Below, in pieces: positions 10,032-20,314 of a stretch of 64,000 nt of DNA. The position numbers and the translations under genes are program-made. The DNA is from an uncultured Candidatus Saccharibacteria bacterium (GTDB lineage Bacteria; Patescibacteriota; UBA1384; JACPKC01), in contig CAYRGD010000001.1 in assembly GCA_964423885.1 (NCBI GenBank), positions 160,660-224,659 on the forward strand, given 5' to 3'. Position 1 is the first letter of the stretch; every line of letters starts with the position of its first letter. Under the pieces are notes generated by a model, which saw only the letters and a list, made by a program, of their open reading frames with translations, was not told the DNA's origin and ran no database searches.

Positions 10032-10623
10032 CGATGCTCACTTTCGTCATGCTGTCGCCTTTGCGCAGTTGGTCGACCACGTCCATCCCTTGCGTAACCA
10101 TACCGAAAATCGTGTAGGCGGGCGGCAGCGGCGTATCCTCGAGCATAATGAAGAACTGGCTGCCGTTCGTGTTGGGGCCGGCATTGGCCATCGCGACCGT
10201 GCCTTTGGTATACGGCCGCGTGACCTGCTCGTCGGCAAACCGGTAGCCTGGTCCGCCGGTGCCGGTACCGAGCGGATCGCCTCCCTGGATCACGAAGCCC
10301 GGTTCGTACCGGTGGAAGGTCAGGCCGTCGTAAAAGTTCTTGCTAGCAAGGAAGACGAAGTTGCTGACCGTGAGCGGTGCATCGTCGGCGTACAGCTCGA
10401 CGACGACCGTCCCTTTACTGGTCTCGATGACGGCGTCTTTCCCTTTGATTTCAGCGTCCGGTAATAGGCCAGGGGCGGCGTCGAACTGGCGGGTCGATGA
10501 TGTTCCCATAACATGCTCCTCTGTTGATGATTGCTTGTCGTTGGTCGTCGAGGCCTGGCAACCTGTCAGTACGAGTGCCGCGGTCGTGAGCACTATGGCT
10601 CTACCTGCTGTAGTGCGGTTCAT
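10018..10623 (-). CDS. Cyclophilin-type peptidyl-prolyl cis-trans isomerase, predicted lipoprotein
   Basis: Lipobox LVLTGC, cyclophilin signature HRYEPGFVIQGGDP, GSQFFI. Confidence 0.85.
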   Translation of the reverse strand: MNRTTAGRAIVLTTAALVLTGCQASTTNDKQSSTEEHVMGTSSTRQFDAAPGLLPDAEIKGKDAVIETSKGTVVVELYADDAPLTVSNFVFLASKNFYDGLTFHRYEPGFVIQGGDPLGTGTGGPGYRFADEQVTRPYTKGTVAMANAGPNTNGSQFFIMLEDTPLPPAYTIFGMVTQGMDVVDQLRKGDSMTKVSIVDHQ

Positions 10624-10814
10624 CGGTTGCCTCCGTCGGCGCGCAGGAATTCATGTTCGACGACGTTAAGACGAGCCCGTGCTTCGGTAAGGACTGACTG
10701 CCCGCGTTTGTAGAGCGCCAGGCTTTCTTCGATATCGGTCTGTTCCTGGCCGAGCTGTTCGGCAATGTCGTCGAGCTCTGCCAGCAAGTCGTCAAACCGC
10801 CGTTTCTTCGCCAT
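10620..10814 (-). CDS. xseB: Exodeoxyribonuclease VII small subunit
   Basis: 64-aa helical protein FDDLLAELDDIAEQLGQEQTDIEESLALYKRGQSV, located directly upstream of xseA. Confidence 0.8.
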   Translation of the reverse strand: MAKKRRFDDLLAELDDIAEQLGQEQTDIEESLALYKRGQSVLTEARARLNVVEHEFLRADGGNR

Positions 10815-11994
10815 GAATCACCTCCGATAGTACGCTGCCGTCTGCGAGCCGCGTCTCCAACCGGTCTCCGTCTGAGACGTCCCGTATCGACCTAAGTATT
10901 GTACCTGTTGTCCGATTGGTTGTGAACGAATAGCCTCGGGTAAGGATCCGTTGTGGGTCGAGGGACGCAAGAACGGCGCCGATCCTGTCGAGGCGCAGGG
11001 ATGCGGTGTCGATCCGGTGCGTAGCTTGCGTAATCGTCGACGCTGCCCGGTCGAGCCGGTGCTGGGCATTCCGGTGCGCGACCGTGGTCCGGAGCGACAG
11101 GAGATCGGCCCGGGCAGTAAGCGTATTCATTGTACGTTCGTATCTATTATGCAAAGCATGGCGGAGTGACGCCTCGGCCGTACCGAGCAAGGCTGTAACC
11201 GTCTGTCGATCGGGTACAGCAAGTTGGGCGGCATGGCTCGGCGTGGCGCCCCGGGCGTCAGCAACCAACTCCGCAAGTGTCACGTCCTTCTCATGCCCGA
11301 TAGCGGCGATGACGGGTGCCGCACTTGCGAACACAGCACGGATCACGTGTTCATCGTTGAACGCGGACAGATCTTCGGCGGATCCGCCGCCGCGTGTCAG
11401 GATGACAACGTCAACCCGCTCGCGTTCGTTGAAAGAGTCGAGCGATCGGACGATGTCTTTGGCAGCGGTTGTGCCCTGCACTGCGACGTGACGGAGTATC
11501 ATCGTGATACCGCCCCAACGTTCGCGGATCACCTTTCGTACGTCGCCGACTGCCGCGCCGTCGGCCGAGGTAATAATCCCGATCCGCTCCGGGAACTTGG
11601 GCAGTGCGCGTTTGCGCTCCATACGGAAAAGACCCTCAAGCTTGAGGGTACGATACAATGCCTCGTATGCCGCTTGGAGCGGGCCTGCGCCGACGGCTTC
11701 CATGGCCTCGACCGTGAGCGAATATCTGCCGTACGGCACGTAAATCCTGGGCGTAGCCAGGATCCGGACGCGCAGCCCGTCCTTCGGTTCAATGCCTGGA
11801 TCGAGTCGGGCCGCGAAGCAGTCGACAGTGCTTTCGCCATCCACCAGATTGAACAGTAGCCAGCGTCCATTCCGTACCCGGACGCCAGACAGTTCTCCTT
11901 CGACCACGATCGCGCCGACGTGTTCGCTGAGTGTCCGGTGAGTAAACTCATTCAATTCACGGACGGAAAATGTCTTAATCGCTACCGGTTGCAT
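10792..11994 (-). CDS. xseA: Exodeoxyribonuclease VII large subunit
   Basis: OB-fold N-terminus plus catalytic core (ILTRGGGSAEDL). Start trimmed to the ATG at 11994, immediately after the upstream GT4 stop. Confidence 0.85.
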   Translation of the reverse strand: MQPVAIKTFSVRELNEFTHRTLSEHVGAIVVEGELSGVRVRNGRWLLFNLVDGESTVDCFAARLDPGIEPKDGLRVRILATPRIYVPYGRYSLTVEAMEAVGAGPLQAAYEALYRTLKLEGLFRMERKRALPKFPERIGIITSADGAAVGDVRKVIRERWGGITMILRHVAVQGTTAAKDIVRSLDSFNERERVDVVILTRGGGSAEDLSAFNDEHVIRAVFASAAPVIAAIGHEKDVTLAELVADARGATPSHAAQLAVPDRQTVTALLGTAEASLRHALHNRYERTMNTLTARADLLSLRTTVAHRNAQHRLDRAASTITQATHRIDTASLRLDRIGAVLASLDPQRILTRGYSFTTNRTTGTILRSIRDVSDGDRLETRLADGSVLSEVIHGEETAV

Positions 11995-11999
11995 CGGCG

Positions 12000-13124
12000 T
12001 TATGCACGCTTGGCGGCAGCCTCGATGACGGCGATTGTCTTCCGGGCAGCCGACTCCCAAGTGAACTGGCGGGCCCGACGGAGGCCGCGCTCCGACAGTT
12101 GCTGACGGATTGAGGGATCTGTGGCGATCGCGTACATAGCATCGGCGATCGCTTCCGCCTTGGTTTCGTTGACCAAAATACCGGCATCCCCGACGATTTC
12201 CGGCAGCGACGAGTTCCGGCTGACGATCGCAGGTACGCCGGAAGCCATCGCTTCGAGCGCCGGCAGACCGAACCCTTCGAAGCCCGTAGTGAACGTGAGC
12301 GCTTCCGCGAATCGCAGCCAGATCGGGTAGTCGTGGTACGAGACGTAACCCGGCAGGACGATACTGCTCCTCACTTGCGGCGGCAACGCGTCGAGCGTGG
12401 CCGTGATCTCGTCGTAGCCGTGCATGCCGGGCTTGCCTGCGAGTACCAGGTTGTGGGGCAGGTCGCGCGTTTCCTTGAGCCTGCGGAACGCCTGGATTAA
12501 CCGGACGATGTTTTTCTTTGCCTCCAGCCGGCCTAAGTAGAAGAAATACGGCTCTAATGCTCGGATGCGTTTCGGCGGCACGTCGCGCATGAGCTTCGGG
12601 AAGAACCGTTCTTGGTCCACGCCGTGATGGACTACGTGGATCCGGTTGGCGGGAAAGCGGGTGAAGCGGACAAGGTCGCGTTTCGTCGCCTCGGAAATCG
12701 CGATGAGCTCGCGGCTAACCCGGGTCGCAAGCCAGAGGCCGATGTTCTGGTAGACACGCTCGAACTTACCGTAGTACGCAGGATGCCGCTTGAAGCCCAG
12801 GTCATGGACGGTGTTGACTACCGCGGCCGGATGGACGAGCGGCACGGTATGCGACGGCACAAAGAGGACGTCCGGCTTGGGCTGCGTCAGGAATTCCCAG
12901 CTCAGTCGGATCTGGGTCCAGCCGCGGGCGAACGGAATAATCCGGTATGCCACTTGGGCACGGCCGACGTTGAGCGGCTTGGTCGGCAATTTGGGCGCGT
13001 ATATCGTGTACCGGTGATGGGGTGCGACCCGGAACAGGTGTTCCAGGATCGTGTGGGAGTACTGCTCGGTGCCCGTGTACTGGTCTTTCGCGAGCCGCGA
13101 GCCGTCGAGGCCGATATGGAGCAT
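12000..13124 (-). CDS. GT4-family glycosyltransferase
   Basis: GT-B fold with EGFGLPALEAMASGVPAIV motif. Confidence 0.8.
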   Translation of the reverse strand: MLHIGLDGSRLAKDQYTGTEQYSHTILEHLFRVAPHHRYTIYAPKLPTKPLNVGRAQVAYRIIPFARGWTQIRLSWEFLTQPKPDVLFVPSHTVPLVHPAAVVNTVHDLGFKRHPAYYGKFERVYQNIGLWLATRVSRELIAISEATKRDLVRFTRFPANRIHVVHHGVDQERFFPKLMRDVPPKRIRALEPYFFYLGRLEAKKNIVRLIQAFRRLKETRDLPHNLVLAGKPGMHGYDEITATLDALPPQVRSSIVLPGYVSYHDYPIWLRFAEALTFTTGFEGFGLPALEAMASGVPAIVSRNSSLPEIVGDAGILVNETKAEAIADAMYAIATDPSIRQQLSERGLRRARQFTWESAARKTIAVIEAAAKRA

Positions 13125-13141
13125 AGGGCCAGTCTATGGAA

Positions 13142-14158
13142 TCAGCTCTTCGCCCACAAGATCGACCGTTTGTACGCGTCAAGGTTGTCGACGGCGATGC
13201 CTGCGCCTTTGGCGACGCAAAGCATGGGCTCTTCGGCTAGTTGGCATGGGACACCGGTCACCTTCGTAAAGAGATCGTCGATGCGGCGCAGCAGCGCTCC
13301 CCCGCCAGTCAGGACGATGCCCTTGTCCATGACGTCCGACGCCAGCTCGGGCGGTGTTTTCTGCAACACCTCGCGCACGGTGTTGATGATACTGCCGATC
13401 GGTTCCTTGGCCGCGGCCGCGATGTCGTTCGAGCTCACGATGACTGACTCGGGCAGACCGGATACGCCGTTTGATCCGGACACCTCCATCGTGAGCTCTT
13501 TGGTGAGCTTCATCGCGGTGCCGATCTTGATCTTCACCTCTTCCGCAGTCTGTTCGCCGATCTGGAGACCGTACGTTTTCCGGATGTAGCCGATGATCGC
13601 CGCGTCGATCGCGTTGCCCGCAACCCTGACTGATGAGGCGGCGACGATGTCGCCGAGCGAGATGACCGCGACCTCGGCCGTACCGCCGCCGATATCGATG
13701 ATCATGTGGCCGCTTGCCGCCGCGATGGGAATACCGGCGCCGAGCGCTGCCGCGACCGGTTCCTTGATGATATAGGCGGCCTTCGCGCCGGCTGCGATAC
13801 AGGCGTCGATGACCGCGCGCCGTTCGGTGCTCGTGATACCGGCCGGTGCCGTAACCATGATTTCCGGACGCACCAGCCGGATCCGTCCGCTTAATCGGTT
13901 GACGACGTACTGGAGCATTGCTTGGGTGACGCGGTAGTTGGCGATCACGCCGTCTTTGAGCGGGTGGACGGCCAGGATCGAGTCGGGCGTGCGGCCGAGC
14001 ATAGCCCGCGCTTCCTGGCCGATCGCCATGATGCGGTTGGATCCTGCTTCGACCGCGACGACCGATGGTTCGTTGATCACAATCCCCTGCTTCGGTAGAT
14101 ACACGAGGACGTTCGTGGTCCCGAGATCAATGGCTAGGCGCCGGAGGAATAGCGGCAC
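13142..14158 (-). CDS. mreB: Rod-shape-determining actin homologue MreB
   Basis: Actin/Hsp70 fold motifs LAIDLGTTN, DIGGGTAEVAVIS, VLTGGGALL. Confidence 0.9.
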   Translation of the reverse strand: MPLFLRRLAIDLGTTNVLVYLPKQGIVINEPSVVAVEAGSNRIMAIGQEARAMLGRTPDSILAVHPLKDGVIANYRVTQAMLQYVVNRLSGRIRLVRPEIMVTAPAGITSTERRAVIDACIAAGAKAAYIIKEPVAAALGAGIPIAAASGHMIIDIGGGTAEVAVISLGDIVAASSVRVAGNAIDAAIIGYIRKTYGLQIGEQTAEEVKIKIGTAMKLTKELTMEVSGSNGVSGLPESVIVSSNDIAAAAKEPIGSIINTVREVLQKTPPELASDVMDKGIVLTGGGALLRRIDDLFTKVTGVPCQLAEEPMLCVAKGAGIAVDNLDAYKRSILWAKS

Positions 14159-14159
14159 G

Positions 14160-15464
14160 TTAGGCCTCCAGCCGGACGATGGTAGCGCCCAGTGCGCGGA
14201 GATTGCGTTGGAACTGCGCCGCTCCGTACCCTCGGTCGAGGTGTTCGATCCCGGTCAATCGCGATGTGCCTTTGGCCATGAGTGCCGCGACGACGTGGGC
14301 CATACCGGCACGGATATCCGGAATGGAGAGCGTTGTCGGACGCAGGGTCGCTGGTCCGGTAACTGCCGCGCTGTGGCGGCACCCGAGCTTGGCAAATCGG
14401 CACGGCGTTCCGAAACACTCAGTGCTCACCTCGATCCGCCCGCCCATGGCGCGCAGGTCTTCGGTATAGCGGAGCCGATCCTCGTAGACCGTTTCATGGA
14501 CGCGGGATATACCGTTCGCCGCGAGCAGGACAACGACCGACGGCTGCTGCCAGTCGGCCATGAATCCGGGATGGACACCGGTTTCGATATCGGCGGGCGT
14601 AAGGGGGCCACCGCGCTCGAACCTGATGCCGGCCGCATCCTGCGTTACCCTAGCCCCGATCTGTTGTGCGAAGTCGAGGTAGCGGGTGAGATGTTCCGCA
14701 ACGGCGTTTTCAATGAGGATCGACCCATCGGTCGCGAGGGCGAGCGAGGCATAGGACACTGCTTCGAGCCGGTCGGGCAGTACGGTGTGCTCGGCAGGCG
14801 TGAAGCGGTCCACGCCGCGGATCCGTAGCTGCCGTCCGTCCGTGTCGAATGCAATGTCGGCTCCCATGGCGCGCAGGAAATCGGCTAGAGCGACAACTTC
14901 GGGCTCGACCGCGACGCCGGTCGCAACCGTGATCCCCGACGCCCAGCTCGCTGTAAGCAGGATGGTTTCCGTGGCACCGACACTCGGGTACGGCAGGTGG
15001 ATATCGGCACCATGCAGTCCGTCGGTCCGAGCGGCGAAGCCCTGGTCGGTTTGGACGATCGTCGCCCCTAGCGCCTCAAGCGCGTCGATGTGGAAACCCA
15101 CCGGCCGCCGGCCGATTTGGTCGCCGGTGACCGGCGGCACATGGGCAGTACCGAACCGGTAGAGCAGCGGTCCTAATAGTAAAATAGATAGCCGGCTCTT
15201 GGCGGCCTGTCCGGTGAAATCAGGCGCATGGAGCGTCGACGCGTCGATCCGGATACCGTCCGGACGGCGGTCGATCCGGGCACCGGCGGCACCGATGAGA
15301 TCGAGTGCGATATCGGTCTCGCCGATCTCGGGGGCGTTGTGGACCACCGACGTGCCGCTGGGCAGGAGCGAGGCAAGAATCAGCTTGCTCGCCAGGTTTT
15401 TCGCGCCGGACAACCGGACGCTGCCGGCGAGCGCCGTACCGCCGGTGATGTCGTAGACTGCCAT
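14160..15464 (-). CDS. murA: UDP-N-acetylglucosamine 1-carboxyvinyltransferase
   Basis: EPSP-synthase fold, active-site region LSGAKNLASKL, two-domain inverse alpha/beta repeats, 434 aa. Confidence 0.9.
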   Translation of the reverse strand: MAVYDITGGTALAGSVRLSGAKNLASKLILASLLPSGTSVVHNAPEIGETDIALDLIGAAGARIDRRPDGIRIDASTLHAPDFTGQAAKSRLSILLLGPLLYRFGTAHVPPVTGDQIGRRPVGFHIDALEALGATIVQTDQGFAARTDGLHGADIHLPYPSVGATETILLTASWASGITVATGVAVEPEVVALADFLRAMGADIAFDTDGRQLRIRGVDRFTPAEHTVLPDRLEAVSYASLALATDGSILIENAVAEHLTRYLDFAQQIGARVTQDAAGIRFERGGPLTPADIETGVHPGFMADWQQPSVVVLLAANGISRVHETVYEDRLRYTEDLRAMGGRIEVSTECFGTPCRFAKLGCRHSAAVTGPATLRPTTLSIPDIRAGMAHVVAALMAKGTSRLTGIEHLDRGYGAAQFQRNLRALGATIVRLEA

Positions 15465-15561
15465 GCTGGTAGCCTACGGTGGGTCAGGCTCGGATGCAAG
15501 CGAGCTTGAGCCCGGCCGCCGGGTGGGATAGGCTGAATGAAACCAAGCCTGGGAGTATCGG

Positions 15562-16266
15562 ATGGAAGAACGCGACGTAGGATGGGACATTGCCGGCGTA
15601 GCATTGCGGTCGGTGCTGACGCTGCTGGCCGCCGCCATCCTCGTGCTCGAGGCGAACGGCTACCTGATCGATTTCAACCGTCTCCGAGCCGAAAAAGCCG
15701 GCCTGCTCGTACTGGAAACCCGTCCGGCCGATGCGAAGGCAATGCTCGACGGCAACGCGTTGCCACTTCGGCGCGGCCAACTGACAACAGCCTATTTCCC
15801 GGATATGTACCGGCTGGACGTGGTCAAAGACGGCTATCATCCGTGGCATCATACGGTCCGCATCGAGCGTGGCCATGTCGCCGTGTTCGACGGTATCGTG
15901 CTGTTTCCACGTGAACGTCCTGTGACCGGTGCCCGGCCTGCGACGACGGCCGAAGCAGCCGCGCCGCTCGTGGGTTCCCAGTTGCGTGTCACTTCGGGCG
16001 AGGTGTGGTATCAGAGCGCGAGAACCGCTGCGGAACAGCTTGTTACCAGGCTGTCGGTGCCGATCCAGGCCGCGGTCCTGCTCGACAAGGCACACGTGCT
16101 CTATCAGGTACGAAGCGGTGTCCATGTCGTCGATCTCGACGGCACGAACGACGTGCTGCTTATCGATCAGGCGCTGCCGGATCCGGCGCGGATGACCGTT
16201 GCCGACGGCGGACGGACGGTGTTGCTTACGGTTGCAGGGACGACGACGTCGTACCGAGTGCAGTAG
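15562..16266 (+). CDS. Membrane-anchored PEGA-domain-like protein
   Basis: N-terminal TM (VALRSVLTLLAAAILVL) and a PEGA-like beta segment LLVLETRPADAKAMLDGNALP...YRLDVVKDGYHPWHHTVRIERGHVAVF. Confidence 0.45.
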   Translation: MEERDVGWDIAGVALRSVLTLLAAAILVLEANGYLIDFNRLRAEKAGLLVLETRPADAKAMLDGNALPLRRGQLTTAYFPDMYRLDVVKDGYHPWHHTVRIERGHVAVFDGIVLFPRERPVTGARPATTAEAAAPLVGSQLRVTSGEVWYQSARTAAEQLVTRLSVPIQAAVLLDKAHVLYQVRSGVHVVDLDGTNDVLLIDQALPDPARMTVADGGRTVLLTVAGTTTSYRVQ

Positions 16267-16981
16267 GCACCGGCTCGGCGTAGAGTACTAGGCGGTTGAG
16301 CGAGGTGCCGACCGGCGTGCAGGTCATAAGTGCCAGCTGGTTACGGTCGAGCGTTTGGTCGCGGATGACCGATACCTTGTCCGGAGCCACGACTTCGCGG
16401 CCGGTCACGACGTACGCGTACGCCTGGCCGTCCCGTTTCAGGAATACCAGGTCGCCGTCGCGGACTTGGTCGAGCAGCGCGAATACCTTAGTCCACGGGT
16501 TGCGCATCCACCAGTATCCCGACGAGTGGCCGACGATGAAGGTGCGGCCGACCTCGCCCGGGTAGTATGATTCGGCGACCTGGACGACTCCCTGCTGGAG
16601 CCCGTTCAAGGCATCATTGACCGGGATATCCCACAGGATCGGTGCCCGGACGTCGATGCTCGGCAGATAGATCGTGCTGTCATCCATCGTGGGGACCGCG
16701 ACTGCCGGCTGTTCCGGGCCGTAGCCCAGGAATTGCGCAGGCGAAAAATCATCGATATGGCTGTTGGCCGCGGACTCACCGTGCAGGAGCCAACGTTCGA
16801 GCGCGAACGTGAGGCGGTCGTACTGCGCCGGGGCGGATAGCGCTACGAAGACAGCCGCCGCCGCGACTGCCGCCCACACGAACTGGGCGACGCGGTGCGA
16901 CGCCGTGCGGGTATGCCGCCGCCGCGCCAGGCGTGCTACCGCCTGGTCGGCGCTATCGAGGGTAAGGAATGCAGTCGACAT
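16226..16981 (-). CDS. Sortase (class unclear) with N-terminal membrane anchor
   Basis: Conserved His (FIVGHSSGYW), Cys in TLxTC-like motif (LALMTCTP), downstream Arg. ATG at 16981 preferred; GTG at 17065 would leave only 14 bp to the divergent gene. Confidence 0.7.
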   Translation of the reverse strand: MSTAFLTLDSADQAVARLARRRHTRTASHRVAQFVWAAVAAAAVFVALSAPAQYDRLTFALERWLLHGESAANSHIDDFSPAQFLGYGPEQPAVAVPTMDDSTIYLPSIDVRAPILWDIPVNDALNGLQQGVVQVAESYYPGEVGRTFIVGHSSGYWWMRNPWTKVFALLDQVRDGDLVFLKRDGQAYAYVVTGREVVAPDKVSVIRDQTLDRNQLALMTCTPVGTSLNRLVLYAEPVPTALGTTSSSLQP

Positions 16982-17079
16982 AAACCCGATACTATAGGGG
17001 AAAACAGCCGTTTCGTCAAGGTTCACGAACCTGATACTGTGCTTGACAGCCGATAGGGGCCGCACTAAGGTTCGCAGTC

Positions 17080-17511
17080 ATGAACCGCTTATCTGCCGTC
17101 CGGCCGCATATGTTCCGCATCGCGTTCGCGGCGGGTTTGCTTGTTGTCGTCGTGGCCGCCGCCGCTTGGTTGCATCGCCGTACTGCATCCCCCCGCCAGG
17201 CAACCGTGGTACCGCTCGAGGCCCGGGTCGTTTGGACGAGCGACCTGTTCCGGATCGCGAATACGGGTTCCCAGACCTGGCTCAACTGCCAGTTCGTGTT
17301 GAACCGGTCAGATGCGGACGGCAAGCCGGGGTATATCTTGTTCCGGGACCGGGTGCTGCCGCGCGAAGTGCTCCAGGTAGCCCATGCAGTGTTCACCGAT
17401 CCGGCTGGCCAGAAGTACCGCTACGATCAGAACCCGCCGACCAGCTTCTTTATCCGGTGTGAAAACGTCGGTGGCGACGTCGGCGTATTTTCGGGTAAGT
17501 ACGAGCGCTGA
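17080..17511 (+). CDS. Hypothetical protein with N-terminal TM anchor
   Basis: ATG start; hydrophobic segment FRIAFAAGLLVVVVAAAAWL. No recognisable domain. Confidence 0.4.
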   Translation: MNRLSAVRPHMFRIAFAAGLLVVVVAAAAWLHRRTASPRQATVVPLEARVVWTSDLFRIANTGSQTWLNCQFVLNRSDADGKPGYILFRDRVLPREVLQVAHAVFTDPAGQKYRYDQNPPTSFFIRCENVGGDVGVFSGKYER

Positions 17512-17516
17512 GCGCG

Positions 17517-18134
17517 TCAGTTGGCACTAATGCGGACGTCGGCTGCCTGGCCGCGCGCATCGTAGAGTACCCGCAGGGTTAGGCGGTCGGTTGGGATCGC
17601 GGCGGCTTCAGGTCCGAGGCAGTACGACGCCTCGCCGACCTCGTTCTGTCCAAGGAGCGCGGTGATCTGTTGCGGCGTCATGCCGCGGATTTCCTGCACC
17701 AAGGAGGTGACCATCATTTGTCTGGCGCGGCTCGTGCCGCAGCCCGCATCCTGCCATACCTTGGCGTCGAACGGGATCTGTTTGACTGCAAAACCGGGGC
17801 GCAGTACGAGGACTTGCAGCCACAGCGCGACCACTGTCGCGACAATGCCTCCGATGCCGACCATGCTTAGCAGTATTCTGGCCGGACGTTGGGCCGCGAA
17901 GAACGTGCCCGCCAGCATACATGCCACGATCGCGGCAAACAGGCTTGGCAGGAGCGCCAGCAATGGGTGCCCGACGCGTTGGACAAGACTACCGATCTTC
18001 GGTACATGGATAAGCACGCCATAGGTCAGTGTGATCGACAGGGCTGGCAGGCCGAGCCCGACGATACCGCCGACAATCCAGGGAATAATCGGGAGCGTGT
18101 CGGATCCGTGCCGGTCGCTTGCTGGGTGGGCCAT
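17517..18134 (-). CDS. Hypothetical polytopic membrane protein
   Basis: Four to five predicted TM helices followed by a soluble C-terminal ~80-aa domain. No recognisable motifs. Confidence 0.45.
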   Translation of the reverse strand: MAHPASDRHGSDTLPIIPWIVGGIVGLGLPALSITLTYGVLIHVPKIGSLVQRVGHPLLALLPSLFAAIVACMLAGTFFAAQRPARILLSMVGIGGIVATVVALWLQVLVLRPGFAVKQIPFDAKVWQDAGCGTSRARQMMVTSLVQEIRGMTPQQITALLGQNEVGEASYCLGPEAAAIPTDRLTLRVLYDARGQAADVRISAN

Positions 18135-18333
18135 AGCTGCCTTTCATTGCGATTCGTTGGTTGCCTTGGTCACTGTAGTATCGGCATGACGTGGGCGGCG
18201 TCAAGGCCGCGTACCCTATGGCCAGGAGCCGGACAGGGTGACCCTTGACAAGATTTTGCGGCTGTGGCTATCGTCGCAACCAAGGATTCATACCGCGAAC
18301 GTAAAACTAGTATCCGTCCAAGCTGGAGGAGTC

Positions 18334-19254
18334 ATGGTCACTCGTTTTCGAACGGGATTCTCATCCGCCATCGCAGTCCGCCTCGTAGCGGCGTCGCTGC
18401 TCGTGGCAGTGCCATCCTCCGGCTTCGCACTCGACGGTACTCTGTCCAACGAACGGACCGGCGCGGACTCGGCCAACATGAACGACGTCGCGGTGAACCG
18501 TGACCTTGCGGTATCGCTCACGAACACGGCGAACGTGACGAACTCGTTCAACTTCACGGTCAACACCGGCGGCAACACGGTTACTAATAACACGACGGTC
18601 GGCAATGTCACGACCGGAGATGCAACACTTGAACTGAAAGCGGAGACTACTGTAAACGAACTGCCCGACAGCGCGTTGCAGCAGGCACTTGACCAGTTCG
18701 CAGCCGACGGGACGGCGTCCGTGACGTCGTCGAACGCGCAAACCGGTGCCGGTAGCACCAATACCAACACCACGGGTATCACCAAGAGGGTTCGTACGAA
18801 CGTGACGAATACGATGAATGTCACGAACAACGCGGCGCTCGATATCAATACCGGCGGCAACACCGTGAACGACAATACGACCGTCGGCGATATCACGACA
18901 GGAAACATTTCGGTTATCGCGGCGTTCCTGACCCAAGGAGACGGCAAGGGTGCCGGCTTCCCGGGGAACGATACGCCGGGCGATACGGGTACGGGCGGCG
19001 GCACGAACCCCGGAACGGGTCCGGTAACGGTTGCCCAGCTGCCGCCGACTGTCATCAGTCAGGCGCCAGCGACGACCACGCAGGACGTTGGTCGGGGCGG
19101 CGGCCAGTTCTTTCCGGCTGGCACCGACAGCAACCTTGCCCTGGAACTGCTGGTTTTCGTGATCGCCGCTATCCTGCTGGTACGATTCCAGGAACTGCTC
19201 CCGATACTCTTTCCTCGGCTACAGCGCGTACCAGTTATCCGGCCAGCGCGGTAG
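18334..19254 (+). CDS. Secreted Asn/Thr-rich repeat protein 1 (2 repeat units, C-terminal hydrophobic anchor)
   Basis: GGAGGAGTC RBS, signal peptide MVTRFRTGFSSAIAVRLVAASLLVAVPSSGFA. Two copies of the unit TG-x-(D/N)S-x-N-x-N...V-x-N...NTGGNTV-x-(N/D)NTTVG-(N/D)-(V/I)-TTG. C-terminus FPAGTDSN, then hydrophobic stretch, then R/Q-rich tail. Confidence 0.7.
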   Translation: MVTRFRTGFSSAIAVRLVAASLLVAVPSSGFALDGTLSNERTGADSANMNDVAVNRDLAVSLTNTANVTNSFNFTVNTGGNTVTNNTTVGNVTTGDATLELKAETTVNELPDSALQQALDQFAADGTASVTSSNAQTGAGSTNTNTTGITKRVRTNVTNTMNVTNNAALDINTGGNTVNDNTTVGDITTGNISVIAAFLTQGDGKGAGFPGNDTPGDTGTGGGTNPGTGPVTVAQLPPTVISQAPATTTQDVGRGGGQFFPAGTDSNLALELLVFVIAAILLVRFQELLPILFPRLQRVPVIRPAR

Positions 19255-19352
19255 CGGCATAGTTTGGGTCGATGCGTGTCCGTTATCGTATGCGGCGGCC
19301 ACGTACCATCAGCATACGGTGTGTATATACCTACTGAGAAAGGAACGCCCCT

Positions 19353-20222
19353 ATGAAGATCAACTTCATTTCGGCTCGGGATCGCCTGCGGACACTCGCG
19401 GCTGTTTCAGCTGTCGTCCTCATGAGCGGTGCCGGTTCCGCGTGGGCGTCGGTCGATGTCAGCGGTGAAAACGACACCACTGGCTTCAATTCGACGAACC
19501 GCAACAACTATGACATCAGCGACTCGGTTGACCTTGACGTCGATAACAGCGCCACTGTTACCAACACCCCGTCGGTGACGGCGAACAGCGGTGGCAACGA
19601 TGTCAACAACAACACGACCGTTGATGATGTCATGGGCGGCGATATCGATGTCGAAGGCGAGTTCACGAACGAGCTCAACAGCGCCGACATGGATCTCAGC
19701 CTGGACTCGTTCGGCGATGTCTCGGCTGATTTCACCAACGGCACGACCGGCTCGAACTCGGACAACCGCAACGTCCTCGATGTGAACCGCGATATGGACA
19801 TCACTGTCCGTAACTCGGCGACCATCCGGAACGATATCGATGCCGACCTCAACTCTGGCGATAACCGCACGAACAACAACACCACTGTCGGTGACGTTGA
19901 AACCGGCGCTATCGACTTCAGCGTGACGGTCGACAACAAGGCCAATCAGAACGCTGGCAGCATCAAGCTCCCGGATATGGGTTCGATGGACGTCAATGGC
20001 GATTTCGCCAACGACACCACCGGTGCCAATTCGGAGAACCGGAATACTGTCAACGTCAACGATTCGGCTGACATCACCGTTCGGAACAATGCCACGGTCC
20101 GCAACGACCTGGATATCAACGGTGACTCCGGCCACAACGACGTGAACCGCAACACCACTGTGGGCAACGTCAAGACCGGCGATCAGCGGTATAACTTCAC
20201 CTTCACCAACATCCTGAACTAA
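19353..20222 (+). CDS. Secreted Asn/Thr/Asp-rich repeat protein 2 (3 units of ~90 aa, no anchor)
   Basis: AAAGGAA RBS, signal peptide ending AWASVD. Three units beginning TNGTTGSNSDNRN / ANDTTGANSENRN and ending NNTTVGDVETG / NRNTTVGNVKTG. Confidence 0.7.
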   Translation: MKINFISARDRLRTLAAVSAVVLMSGAGSAWASVDVSGENDTTGFNSTNRNNYDISDSVDLDVDNSATVTNTPSVTANSGGNDVNNNTTVDDVMGGDIDVEGEFTNELNSADMDLSLDSFGDVSADFTNGTTGSNSDNRNVLDVNRDMDITVRNSATIRNDIDADLNSGDNRTNNNTTVGDVETGAIDFSVTVDNKANQNAGSIKLPDMGSMDVNGDFANDTTGANSENRNTVNVNDSADITVRNNATVRNDLDINGDSGHNDVNRNTTVGNVKTGDQRYNFTFTNILN

Positions 20223-20314
20223 CGTTCAGACTGTTGGCTGGTGATGTGGGCGGAGGAAGGTAACTTCCTTCTCCCCATCAGCAGCAACATGAGCGGAGGG
20301 AGCGGCAACTATCT